Source of the DNA: Octopus vulgaris
Lineage: Eukaryota
Direction of reading: 5' to 3'
Assembly: GCA_951406725.2 (NCBI GenBank)
Contig: OX597827.1
Span: 79,918,001 to 79,982,000 of the forward strand
Length of the DNA: 64,000 nucleotides
This document shows, in pieces, positions 1 through 12,436 of the stretch. The notes below the pieces were generated by a model. It saw only the letters and a program-made list of their open reading frames with translations, ran no database searches and was not told the origin of the DNA. The position numbers and the translations under genes are program-made. Within the stretch, counting starts at the first letter, position 1; every line of letters begins with the position of its first letter.

Positions 1-1578
1 ATAGAAACATACTTTTTACCAGCGATGTGTTGATTTATTGACATATTACCTTTAACACCTTCCAAACTGTTTACTTAACACTCCTCTTTAAATTCTCTTC
101 TTAATTAGTAAATTGGACTTGTAAAGGTTATTGTTAATGCTGGAGTCTAAAAGCACCAAGAAGGAAGTCTTGATCAGAAAAAGTTGGTGAAACTAGTGTG
201 ACAAGTAAGTAGACAAGAGTTGTCAGAGAGATTAACAGAGAATAAACACTACAAGAATGAATAGACTGAGTATTCTTCTGATGCAGTAAATTGTCTCGTA
301 TAGATTATTGAAACAGTAATTGAGTGAGAACCAGCACCTTTATAATAACCAGTGAGTGTGTGTATGTCAGCACAGAGATTGAGAGAGAAAGAGATTCTCA
401 GACATAAACACACACAAAAAAGGGAAGTAAAATGGTTTCCAGGGTAGAAAACTTTAGAAATTGTTAATATATGATTCAGAGTCTGCTGTTGCTTATGAAA
501 TAATCTTTAATCTACTGCAGTTGGAAGAGAATAAAAATGTTATGTAAAGCTGTAGTTTCCTTCAGTCTATTGTTGCCAGGAAGTTTACAGCTATTTAAAA
601 TGTTTATATTTTCTTTCCAATAATTGAAAATATTGAATTTTCTGCATTACAAGAGAAAACAGTTGTTTCATAAACCAATTGTTGAGAGAAAGCGAAAGAG
701 TCTGAGAGCAGTGGGGGTGAGGTGAAGAAAGGCAAAAAGACAGAGAGAGGAGTAGATAAAGAAAGGAAAAGTGGAGTAACAGAGAGAGGTGGGAGGAAGA
801 AAGAAAAACAGAAGGAAAGTAAGGAGTAATTTCTACTTTGCTATTTTGTAGGTGGAGGAGAGGGGGATGACAGTGGAAGGAGTTTTTACCATCCCAGAGA
901 CGTGTTGAGATGTCAGTGGAACATAAGATTTAGAATGAAAGAAACTACAAGTGAATAGTAAACTCTGTGCTCTACGATGTGTCAAATGACATTGAAGTGG
1001 GCTGAGGAAGCCGACCAAGCTTTCATGTCAATAATTCAATACTTAGATCCCTGGCTTAAGATTGGCAGACATAGTTTAGCTGTGGGATTTCCTCCCAGTT
1101 TTGCTAGAGAACTTAGTCAGCTTGATGTAAATTAGTGATGTGGAAGCATTAGGAAAATATTTCATTGAGTCAATATTGCTAGCTAACACATTCTTGAGAT
1201 ACTATGGCTTCTTCAGGTGCAGGGATAGAATTAATAATAAAACATAGAGGTGTACACATTATTAATTGTGTATGCAGTTATTAGTCAAAGTGTGTTGTCA
1301 TACACTAATTGCCAGTGAGTTGCAATATGAAAGGTTTATTTCTTGCTTCAAGAGCAAAATGAAACACAGTTTCTCATTTCTCATCGGCATTGTTATGTAA
1401 TTCCTAAATGACAGTTTTTAATCTGTCACCAGAAAGTCAGTGATATTTCTGGACATGATGGGTCCCCACTCATTCTCTGCCTATCACAATAGATTCCTTA
1501 GGCTTCAATGTTTTCTATGCGAAACAATATCCTTGTTGCATTGAAAATCTGCAAACCATTTTCCAGTTAGATTAGTGT

Positions 1579-1738
<160 letters not shown>

Positions 1739-3176
1739 ATTAGAGAAAAAGATTAATTTGAATATTTTTTTTTAGGGCAGAATAGTGTATTATTGATGTC
1801 GTCCACTCCCTGTCTTAAAAGAGAGGTCATCACTTAATCACTTTGGCCATTGTCATCTCTTGTATTTCATGGAGTGGAATTTAATGCATGGCACTGACAA
1901 ACTGTTTATTTCATATAAATAAATGTAAACTAAATAGCAAAATATCAACCACTTAACAACTATTTGTGATGACAAGACTAATAAGAGTTATGTTGTGTGT
2001 GTTAGAAATCATTGACAGTTGCTGAAGTACTTGTTAAAAGATTTTGGCTGGGAGGGACAGATTTATCCCCAGTCTGGTATCAAACAGCTACTTAGAGCAA
2101 ACAGCCATTTCTTTGCCTCACCATGGACATTTAGAAGATATATTTTAATCAAATGAAGAGAAGACAAGAAATACTTTCTTTCTTCTGAGTAGACTAGAAA
2201 ATTATTGACAACCAAGATCCATTCACCATTAATCGTGTTCAACAACACCTCTTCCAAAATCATAGAAGCAACTTCATTCTCAGCTTTCTCAGACTAACTC
2301 ATTAAGCTCCTTTTTCATCCTACATAGCAATAACGATCTTAAAACCTGGTTACCGTTATGAGCTCTCTTGGTAACTCCCCATGGTGTTATGGAAACTTTC
2401 AGCTACAGTGAAGGTGAGCTAGTGCCATTAGACCACCATAATGTAACTTACACACTCCTATATCATATTCTTAGACTTACATTGTGAATTTCATTTGGTA
2501 GGTGACTTACACCCAACATTATGGAGAGATGAAACAATTCAACTATAATGAAGGTGACCCATCTGGGACTTTGGATATTCTGAACAAACCTAGCACATTT
2601 TGAAAAAGGTTTTTTAACCTAATTACACAGCAGAGATGTCGACTCTGCAAGCTTCAGCCAATGGGATCCATCCAGGAAGGCAGAAGCTCTGAATATTAAC
2701 TGAAACAAGGTAGATGGGATGTATTAAACTTGTCGTGTACAACCTCTTTAGTGGCATAATAAAAAGCAGCCAGTCCTTGCTGTAAAGTGGTTGGCATTAA
2801 GAGAGATATCCACCTGTAAAAACCATGCCATAAAAAAAAAAATGATTGTAAAGACATGGATGGTGTAATCTAGAGTAAGTTTGAATAAAAACTGGCAGGG
2901 AATAGATAGGACCCTTCTTGCTGATGATGACATCCCTTGTGCTGGTGGCACAATTAAGATATACCCAGTCCGTGTTGTAATATAGTTGGTAAAAGGAAGG
3001 ATGTCTGGCCACAAAAATCATGCTCCCAAACAGACCAGCCATACATAACAACATAAGTTAGTGACTTTCTCAATTGCTGCTTGTGGCTCATGTCAGAGGC
3101 CCACTACAACACAGAGTGCTAAATCCCATGGATGGGCTTCAGGTAAACTGGTTTTTACAGAGTGATATATAAAAGA

Positions 3177-3703
3177 CAAGTTAAAATAATGGTCTTTACA
3201 TTTAATAATTCCTTTATTAAAGCAAATTTGCCTTACAGCTGTTTCCAGCAATCATTATAGACAGGTTTACTCAATTGGATATTCGTTGGAGAATATCTGA
3301 CCTATATTCAATGCCAATTTGGTAATGTTTGTGACTGTCCCTCTCCCAGATTTAGCAATGCAATACTCCTACTACTACTGCTGCTGCTTCTACTGTGTAC
3401 CACTTACTCAATTGCTACCACCCCCACTGCAACCCGCCTTTACCTCTTCTGCTTAAACATTCCAATCTTCCCCTATTTTCTCCATACAATAGCCATTCTT
3501 CAAGTGCTCTCTCTCTCTCTCTTTTTGTTATTTCCAGCAATGGCTCTGACGAAGATATTCTTAATTTTCTTAGGTCTTTCAACTTACCTCAATTGATCGA
3601 CAGACCAATTGAGTAAACATGTCTATAATGATTACTGGAAACAGCTGTAAGTCAAATTTGTTATAATAAAGGAATTATAGATAATGACCATTATTTTAAC
3701 TTG
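3177..3703. mobile_element. Fold-back element with ~100 bp inverted arms, carrying a hammerhead-like motif
   Basis: 3177-3278 is the imperfect reverse complement of 3605-3703 (caagttaaaataatggtc...tcaattgg). A (TA)n run follows on the right. Confidence 0.8.
3541..3654 (+). ncRNA. Type I hammerhead-ribozyme-like motif with long stem II
   Basis: tggct-CTGACGA-[85 nt hairpin containing ctcaattg/caattgag]-GAAAC-agct-GTA-agtca. Stem I tggct/agtca; stem III palindromic acagctgt. Confidence 0.6.
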
Positions 3704-3722
3704 ATGCTTATATATATATATA

Positions 3723-3791
<69 letters not shown>

Positions 3792-3793
<2 letters not shown>

Positions 3794-4106
3794 AAAAAGT
3801 CAAGGTAGAAAATGCTAAAATAATTTTATAAAAAACGTTTCTGTACCGGTTTCAGTCATTGAGACTTCACAACGACCTCGAACCCACAAGAGTAAACAAG
3901 AGAGACAGAGAGAAAGGCAGAAACAAGAAAATGCCCCTTGTATTTGAATACTATGCAAATATTCTTTTAAAAAACTTTTCTTTTAATTTTTCCAAAATTT
4001 AATTAATTTTCCATGCTTACAGTTGAAGAAGTCTCAATGACTAAAACCAGTACTGAAATGTTTTTTTTATAAATTTATTTTAGCATTTTCTACCTTGACT
4101 TTTTCC

Positions 4107-4108
<2 letters not shown>
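3792..4108. mobile_element. (TA)n-embedded fold-back element with ~80 bp inverted arms holding decayed hammerhead copies
   Basis: ggaaaaagtcaaggtagaaaatgctaaaa... (3792-3873) mirrors ...ttttagcattttctaccttgactttttcc (4022-4108). TA runs on both sides. Confidence 0.8.
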
Positions 4109-4140
<32 letters not shown>

Positions 4141-4220
4141 CAATTGCAGCATGGAAGGTGTTTATAAGCCATTTAAGAAACACACAAAACCGTTAGATTC
4201 ACTTCAACATTTAAATCTAA

Positions 4221-4271
4221 TTTGTCAAAATATTTTCGTCGCTTTGAGACTGCAACCTGTTCACTGACAAA
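4221..4271 (-). ncRNA. Minimal hammerhead-like motif with swapped G3-C8 core
   Basis: Minus strand reads tttgtca-GTGAACA-g-gttgc-agtctcaaa-gcgac-GAAA-atat-TT-tgacaaa: 7-bp stem I, 5-bp stem II, palindromic stem III (aatatt). Confidence 0.6.
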
Positions 4272-4531
4272 GCTTCGTGCTGCATCTGAGAAAGTAACAG
4301 TTAGTTCATGATATATATGTATGTGTGTGTGTGTGTGTATGTATGCATGCATGTATGTGTGTGCGTATGTATGTATGTATGTGTGTACATGTATGTGCAC
4401 ATGCATGTATGTACCTATGTACTTACGTATGTATGTGAGTATTTAGGAGAGTGTGTAGACGTGTGTGTGTGTATGTACATGTGTATGTATATGTGAACGT
4501 ATGTTTGTGTAATGATATGTGTCAGTTCAAG

Positions 4532-4572
<41 letters not shown>

Positions 4573-4636
4573 CATAATATTGAGGTCTCTTTCTTTCTTT
4601 TGTTATCTTACCGTTTTTACCAATATATATATATAT

Positions 4637-5055
4637 ACTCTTTTACTCTTTTCTCTTTTACTTGTTTCAGTCATTTGACTGCAGCCATGCTGGAGCACCG
4701 CCTTTAGTCGAGCAAATCGACCCCGGGACTTATTCTTTGTAAGCCCAGTACTTATTCTATCGGTTTCTTTTGCCGAACCGCTAAGTGACGGGGACATGAA
4801 CACACCAGCATCGGCTGTCAAGCAATGCTAGGGGGACAAACACAGACACACAAACATATACACACACACATACATATATATACATATATATACGACAGGC
4901 TTCTTTCAGTTTCCATCTACCAAATCCACTCACAAGGCATTGGTCGGCCCGGGGATATAGCAGAAGACACTTGCCCAAGATGCTACGCAGTGGGACTGAA
5001 CCCGGAACCATGTGGTTGGTTAGCAAGCTACTTACCACACAGCCACTCCTGCGCC
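4637..5055 (-). mobile_element. Full-length tRNA-derived SINE (family A)
   Basis: tRNA-like head on the minus strand (ggcgcaggagtggctgtgtggtaag...gggttcagtccc), internal TG/TA tract, aagagt-type tail. Highly similar to 59526-59925. Confidence 0.85.
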
Positions 5056-5177
5056 TATATATATATATATATATATATATTCCCACCCATGCTAGCATGG
5101 GAGGTAGATGTTAAACTGTGATGATGATGATGATACATATATATATATATATTCATATATAGATATAGTTATGCCAT

Positions 5178-6135
5178 TATGAAAGGTTGTTAAATATAGA
5201 GAATGCTTGGGGAAAGGAAATTCTTTCAACTATTGAACCAAATGAGGGACCAGCCATCAGAAGGGATATCACTATGATTGATAAGGCAATTAAGAAAATG
5301 AAGACCGGGAAATTCCCTTGATCATCAGGTATCCCTGCTAAGATGACTAAAATATCAGGTAGTGCGAGATACAGCCTAGTCACTCGCATAGTCAATCAGG
5401 TTATTCAGGGAGTCGTCATCTCCAAAGACTGGTGTGGCAGTATTATGGTCAGCTGCTACAAGTATAAAGGTATTGCCTTAGAAACAACTACAAAGGTACC
5501 GAACTGCTGGATCAGGTCATGAAAATTAGAGAGAGAGAGAGTCGTATCTCAACTAATTAGGGATAGAATTAAATTAGATGAGATGCAGTTTGGTTTGGCT
5601 CCTGTGACAACTACCACAGATGCCATCTTCATAGTAAGAAAAGTTTTTGGCCAAAAGTAAGCCAATGTACTTAACCTTCGTCAACCTGGAGAAAGCTTTC
5701 AACAGGATTCCCTGCTCTCTTATTTGGTGGTCTCTAAGGCAGCTAGGAGTAGAGGAATGGCTTGTTAGGGCATGAACTGCCTTAACAAGCCACTCCTCTA
5801 CAACATCACTGTACACTCAATGTACAGTGATGTTGTCAGGAAGGTGAGAGTTGGCCTTGAATACACTGATGAATTTACTGTACAAGTTGGAGTACACCAG
5901 GGATTAGTCCTTAGTCCACTCTTATTCATCATAGTTCTCCAGGCCATAACAGATGAATTCAAAACTGGATGCCCATGGGAACTACTATATGCTGATGATC
6001 TTGCTTTTATTGCAGAATCTGAAGCAGAATTGGAGAAATGAAACCTCAAATCAAAGGGCCTTAAAGTTAATTTAGCTAAGTCTAAAGTTGTTGTTAGTGA
6101 GAAAGGAGATAAGATTCTCATTCTGGCTGGCAAAC
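5178..6135 (+). mobile_element. Degenerate RTE-clade LINE reverse transcriptase fragment
   Basis: ORF 5772-6041 contains VQVGVHQGLVLSPLLFII and LLYADDLAFIAESE. Upstream pieces read KKMKTGK, DWCGSIMVSCYK and DEMQFG, interrupted by stops and frameshifts. Confidence 0.9.
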
Positions 6136-6601
6136 TACATCTTTCTCTTCCTCACATTTCCTCTTCATAAATTATGATTGTTTTTTAATCCCCTTTCTTA
6201 CTCTTACTGCCCTGCTCACTGTATCACTGCTCCTCACACCCCTAACACCCACACTCACACCCTATTTTTCTTACCAGGTTCTACACTCATATTCTTATTA
6301 CTTGTGAATATACCCTAGCACTACACCATCTCTCATCTGCTGTCTTTTACACTTTTGCTGTTTCCTACTCTCTCTCTTTCACTGGGTAACCATGTACCTC
6401 TTCTATAGCAAGACCCTTATTTCTGCCTCTCTATTTCTTTGTTACACTCTAACCTTTCATCATTTGATACTGGATCACCTCTAATGCTGGCATGGATTGG
6501 ATGATTCGACCAAGAATGGCAAGCTGGAAGGCTGCACTGGACTACCAGACTCCAGTTTGATTTAGCATGGCTTCTCCAGCTGGATGCCCTTTCTAACACC
6601 A

Positions 6602-6653
<52 letters not shown>

Positions 6654-6959
6654 CATTAAATATACAACTGTGTCCAAATTTTTTTCTTTTTTGTTTCAAA
6701 CTTTTTGAATTTTCTCATTAGTTTTTTTTTTGTAGCAAGTTGGAACAAAAATGTTCTTAAATTTAAATTCAACCTTTCCAGACCTTCACAATTTCATTTT
6801 CAAGAAGTGAGTATACTTGGCATCGATGTTATCTCTTACATACTGATTGAATTCATGTAGAATTTCCTGCCAAAGGATTTTTGACCATTAGCTCCTATGT
6901 CATCAGTTACATATTGATTTGTTTGTTAGGGTCAAATTTTTGGCTGTTTGGTTTGCATG

Positions 6960-7275
6960 CCAGTAGACACATGTTCATTTTCAGATGTGTTGTTTACATA
7001 TTTGTTTTGGTAGTGTAACGTGATATAGCCATGGTTTCCATGGTTAATCAATTTTTGTGAGGGATTTTATAGAATTTGTAAGTATCACCATCAAACTTAG
7101 TTTTGTGGTGTATGGTATAGTGTTTTGCATTAGTCCCTTGTTGTAAATACCTGGTGAGCCTGCATATGAGTGATGTACTAGTTTGTCCAATATAATGCAA
7201 TGTAACAGCTGGAGTCCTTAAGTTTGCAACTTTCAGTGTTACAGTCAATTTATAGATTACATTGGTTATAAATAT
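6960..7275 (-). mobile_element. Penelope-like GIY-YIG endonuclease remnant
   Basis: Minus frame reads TNVIYKLT...HYIGQTSTSLICRLTRYLQQG, matching the (V/I)Y...YIGxT...R pattern. Confidence 0.6.
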
Positions 7276-8258
7276 ACTTTCATGTATTTTTCATATCTGA
7301 CAAATAATCAAAATTCTAGAAACATATTATCTATCATTATCCACCTGGGTGTATTTTGAACATATCAATTATCATACATGTCCAAATTCCCTTCTAACTC
7401 ACAGATGGCTTCTTCAGGCTACTTTTGCTCTTTTTTCTTCTATCCATTCCTTCAGACCATATTGAAGATGTAATGACATAAAAAAATATATACAATTATA
7501 CAAGACTTTTTATTGAGAGGTTGATTAGATGTCTGTTAGGGACTACATTAGAGGTTCTAAAGAAAATGTGTGTTTAACACCAAAAGTGAGCATTGTGAAC
7601 AGGTCCACTCACCTGTTTAACATTATCTTCTTTATAATTAGTATGAAAGAATGATTTTTTCATGACAGGCGAAGGAAGTGTCTCATCAATCTTCTCCGGT
7701 CTGTTTTCAAAGTAGACACTACCAATTTTTAATGGTACATTGAATTTATAGACAGCAACATTATAAATCAAGGTATACCTATGACAGCATTAGAGTTACT
7801 CAAGGGAACAATGGAGGCAGATCCAAAAATTGCTTTGAATTTATTATTAGTCCTTTCATACTTCTCATCGTTCAACTAGTGTTTTGTGAGCAATTCATTT
7901 GGATTAGTGAATCCTGGGGGATGAGGTGTAGAACCAAGAAACTGATTGACTCCTCCCTGTGGTTGGTCATCTCATTTCCACCCAGGTTATCCCAGCCTAC
8001 TCATCTCTCCTCTTTTTATTATCTTTGTTGTGTCCAACCACCCAGGTCCCACCCTAACTGCTACATTCAATCCTCCCTTTCAATGACATTGGTCCTCTAG
8101 AATTGCTTCCCTATTCATGTCTTTTCAACAGATATTGATTTGTAATTATTCAAAGGAACATTAAATAGCATTAATTTTACCAGTCTAGGAAGGCCTGTGA
8201 AGGCCACAGACACTGCTCCTTCCTCCAGACCCAGCAAGTATAAAGAAAAAGGAAAATA

Positions 8259-9489
8259 TCAGGTCGTTAAGAATGAAATGTCCGATTTTGAACTGAAAGT
8301 TTATTTTATTTTATCTCAACAAAAAGCAATCCAGTTAAAGTATGCACCTAAATTATCAACACAATTTTGCCATTTTATTGGTAGCTTATTTATGCCAGCA
8401 GCAAAGAATTCTGGAGAGCAAAAGGTGATGAAATCATGAAAGGCTGTTTTGGCATCTTCTTCAGATTTGAAATTTTTCCTTTGCAAAATGTTGTCTAATG
8501 CCTGGAAAATGTGAGTCAGTTGGTGTAAGGTCAAGTGAATATGGTGGATGACAGAGTACTTCCAAGTTCAGTTCCTGTAACTTGAGTAATGTTCTTTGTG
8601 CAACACGTGGTCAAGCATTGTCTTGCAAGAGAATTGACCTGTCTCTATTGACCAATCTTAGTTGTTTAATTGCAAGTTCACTCATCATGTCATCCAATTG
8701 GTTGATGTATCTCATGATGCTGTAATTTACTTACCAAGTCTCATGAAGCTGTAGTGGATGACACCAGTGCTGGACCACCAAACAGACACCATTAACTTCT
8801 TTTGGAGAATATTCTTTTTCAGATTGTGTCTTGGCACTTTGCCTCTATCCAACCACCGTGCAGAATGTTTGCTATTGTTGAAAAGAATCCAGTTTTCATC
8901 ACATGTAACAATACAATGCAAAAATGGTTTACTTTTATTCCATGACAGCAAAGAACAGCAAGTTTCAAGATGATGCATCATCTGATGCTCATTCGGTTTG
9001 TGTGGTACTCATCTTGTCCAGCTTCTTTACCTTGTCAGTTTGTTTCAGATAAGCCAATACAGTTGGAACCAAAACATCAAACCTTGATGCCAACTCACCT
9101 GTTGTTTGAGATGCATCTTCTTCCACTACAGTTTCCAGTCCATCATTATCCACCTTGGTCTCAGGTCTAGCACAGGGCTGATTTTCAAGATAAAGTCACC
9201 AGACCAGAACTTCTCAAACCATCGATGTGCAGTGTGCTCATTCACCACATCTTCACCAAACACCCCATTGATGTTTTGAGCTGTCTGGGATACATTGGTT
9301 CCAAAACGGAACTTATATCCATAAACAACATGAATTTTTTTATCTATCCACCATGAATTGCATTTCAAAAAGTGATGATGTAACTCTTCAATGTTGTAAA
9401 ACAAAGAATAGTCAGGATAAAACATTAGAGTTAACGACTTTCAAACTTGGTGCACAAGAAAATTGGACATTTTATTCTTAATAACCTGA
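8259..9489 (-). mobile_element. Full-length decayed mariner transposon
   Basis: TIRs tcaggtcgttaagaatgaaatgtcc / ggacattttattcttaataacctga, TA on each side (8257-58, 9490-91). Transposase pieces: HRWFEKFWSGDF, IVTCDENWILFNN, KLMVSVWWS, HIFQALDNIL...GINKLPIKWQNCVD. Confidence 0.92.
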
Positions 9490-9645
9490 TATTTGAGAAC
9501 ATTGGCTGTCTGGAATTTAGCCTAGAATAGAAATGACCATTGTGTTACTGTCAAAGCAGATGAGGAAATAAAATCTGACTGAGACAGTTGTCTGCAGCAT
9601 AACAACGTACACCTTAATATTCTAAAAATACAAAAAACAACATCT

Positions 9646-11455
9646 TTTTAAACTAATTTGAATGGTTTCAATTTTCTTTGTACAAAAGATTAAAGCCTCA
9701 ACAAACAGTTCTTTTACAGAGGTCAAAACACATTATATTTTGTAGTCTTTCACTTTTTATACAAACCTGATCTTTTGTGAAAATTGTTGCAGTTATCATA
9801 CAATCTTCCCATACATAGATTGGCTCTATTCAATGTTATGTTGTTTTATCCTCTGCAGACTTATCAGCTTTCTCTAGACTATCAAGAAAATGCTTAGTTT
9901 TAAGTTTAAAAACACCGAATTATTGATTATTCTGCACTAGCCACTGAGTGATTAAACTAGCAAAGAATGTTGTGTGAAAAACAGAGTCAAATATTAGCTC
10001 AATTCCCAGTATAATTCCATCATGGTGTAATCTTTCTAGTTTAGCTTCACTATTTCCTATACAGTTCAGAGTGTTCAGGTTTTCTGCTTCCACCATTTTA
10101 AATCTTACATTATATATTTTATCCTAACAACACCAGCAATTCACCTTATTTCCAATTTGATTATTAATACATAATAGATTGAAACACGTTTATTATCTAA
10201 TTTAATTTGTACAATCCTGAATTATAATCTTAAGTAGACCAATATTTAATTGGTTCTAATTCTCTGATTGCTGCCCCATCCCCCTTACCGTCTCATGTGA
10301 GTGTTACTAACCAACAGCTGTAGTTGTTCAACTTAGGTCAATCCTGATTGAGTAAACAAATCATCAAACACATTCCAGCCATGACCTTCACATTTTATTT
10401 TCAGGAATAGTGTATCTAAGACTACATTATTCAGCATGTATGTATTGCCTCTTATTAAGACAGCAAGATTTAAAATTGGCAATTTATAGCTGATCAAATA
10501 ACCTCAAGGAGGCTTCTTCAATGGCTCATTAATAATGTAAAAAAGATGATTATATTCTAGACAACATCTCATAATGTTTTAGACATTGTTATCCAGAGAG
10601 ATAATCTAAAAATCACCATTTTTTTTCATTAATATAATTAAAAGAGTAGTTTACAATTTTCTTTAAAAAGGTCTTAAATAGGTGCGAGGAGACTCGTATT
10701 TGTAAAGGGAGTCTTTGGAATTGATAGCAAGTATGATACATACGTAGTACTTAACATTGGCTGTTTCAAATTTAGGTGCAAGGATAGCAATTTTAGCAGG
10801 AGGGAGTTAGTGTGGTCCCAATACATTATTTTATTGACACAGAAGGATGAAAGGTAAGGTTGACCATCATAGTATTTGTATTCAGACTATATAAAGTTAT
10901 AATGTCCAGTGCTCTAATGATTTTTCCACCCTCAACAGCAACAGCTACGAAACCTCTCTATGGTTATTTGACCTGCTAGAAATAGTAGCTGAATCTTCCT
11001 GAAAGCACATCTGAATATTGTAAAAACAAAAGGTTAATTGGATGATGCAGTCCATGATACCTTGTTGGCTTGAAAGCAGCTGTCATCCCATGGATATCAA
11101 CTGGTGAAACAAATCTATTCATCTCTCACACCTCCTGCCTTTCTTTAGATTTTATATAATCCTCATGAAATGATTTTCACCAATTGCACATGCTGGATTT
11201 CAGCTGCATAGCACTCTACATTATACTCCTATACATTGATTTAAGAAGTGGTATTTGGCTGAGTCCACTAAAGGAGTTTTTTGGGATTATTTAAATCCAT
11301 ATAGAGTATATTAAATATATTTTAAACTAATTTGAATAGTTTCAATTTTCTTTATACAAAAGATTAAAGCCTCAACATACTGTTATTTTACAGCAATCAA
11401 AACACATTACAAACACAATTTTGTAGCCTTTCACTTTTTATACAAACCTGATCTT
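9646..11455 (+). repeat. Dispersed direct repeat of ~130 bp (9646-9774 and 11320-11455)
   Basis: Both copies read ttttaaactaatttgaat.gtttcaattttc...cactttttatacaaacctgatctt. Confidence 0.85.
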
Positions 11456-11457
11456 AG

Positions 11458-12060
11458 GCTCAATGGATCTCATGATCACTATTGAGACTAATTTCACTAC
11501 AGTAGATTTCTTAGATGTTACATTAGATCCGGGCTCTGGTACATAAAGGCTGTGTCACAAGCCAAATCAGAGACTGTCTTATATTAGACACAGCCTCCTG
11601 CCACTCCCCCAAAGTTTTCAAGAACCTAGTGAAAGGTGTAAGCAAGAGGATCTTGAGTCTATCCTTGAGCCAAGATATCTTCAATGCCATTTCTCCCTAC
11701 TACAATGAGGTACTGGCATTGCGTGGGTTTAAGGACTGCATCTCTTACAGGCCTGGCCCTAGCACCCAGAAAAGGAGCTCTGCAGAAATTTCGTTTGGTT
11801 TGCTCCTCCTTTCTCACTTAATGTCTTGACTTGGGTGGGAAAGATTTTCCTTAAATTAACAGACAAACATTTTACACACATACACACACACACACAGATA
11901 CAGGTGTTTGTTTAACAGGCACAACCTAAGAGTCTCCTTTAGTTGTGCACCTAACATAAAAGAACATTTATCAATACAAGGGAAGAGGCAGGGTATATAA
12001 TAACTGTCCAGTAGGAGGCTTATGCAAGGCTGAAGGGGTCATCTATGAGGCTATGGTGAT
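11458..12060 (+). mobile_element. Penelope-like element fragment (RT thumb to start of GIY-YIG)
   Basis: Frameshifted pieces: ITIETNFTTVDFLDVTLD, KNLVKGVSKRILSLS...YYNEVL, FVWFAPPFSLNV...FLKLTDKHF, FNRHNLRVSFSCAPN, NCPVGGLCKAEGVIYEA. Confidence 0.8.
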
Positions 12061-12394
12061 GATACCTAGACCTGATATCTGCAATAACAATGATATACCA
12101 TCAAACAGCAATATTATTAGCAGATGAACCAGTTAGAAGGCTGCACCAGATTGGAGCCTGGTGCAGCCTTCTGAACATGTGTTTTATACATCATGCAGAT
12201 GTTCTATTTATTAGACCATGTGTTCTGCATATCAAACAAAGTTTCCTCAATATATAAAACATCTGTTCTATAGAGTGGTTTCAAATTTTGGTTCTTAACT
12301 AGCAATTTTGAGAGTGTGGCCATAACTGACAGAGTGGCACGACGATATATATATATGTATATGAATATAGATAGATAGATATATTCTAAGCCCA

Positions 12395-12436
12395 AACTGT
12401 CTGACAAACAGGAATGTGAAATTCTGAGTAACAATT
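12395..12436 (+). ncRNA. Decayed minimal hammerhead-like motif
   Basis: aactgt-CTGACAA-aca-ggaa-tgt-GAAA-ttctga-GTA-acaatt. One core change (G8A); stems I-III still pair. Confidence 0.45.

Noticed and set aside
7574-7771. Second possible GIY-YIG fragment (NVAVYKFNVP)
   Set aside because: The YIG half-motif is not recognisable; too degenerate to call.
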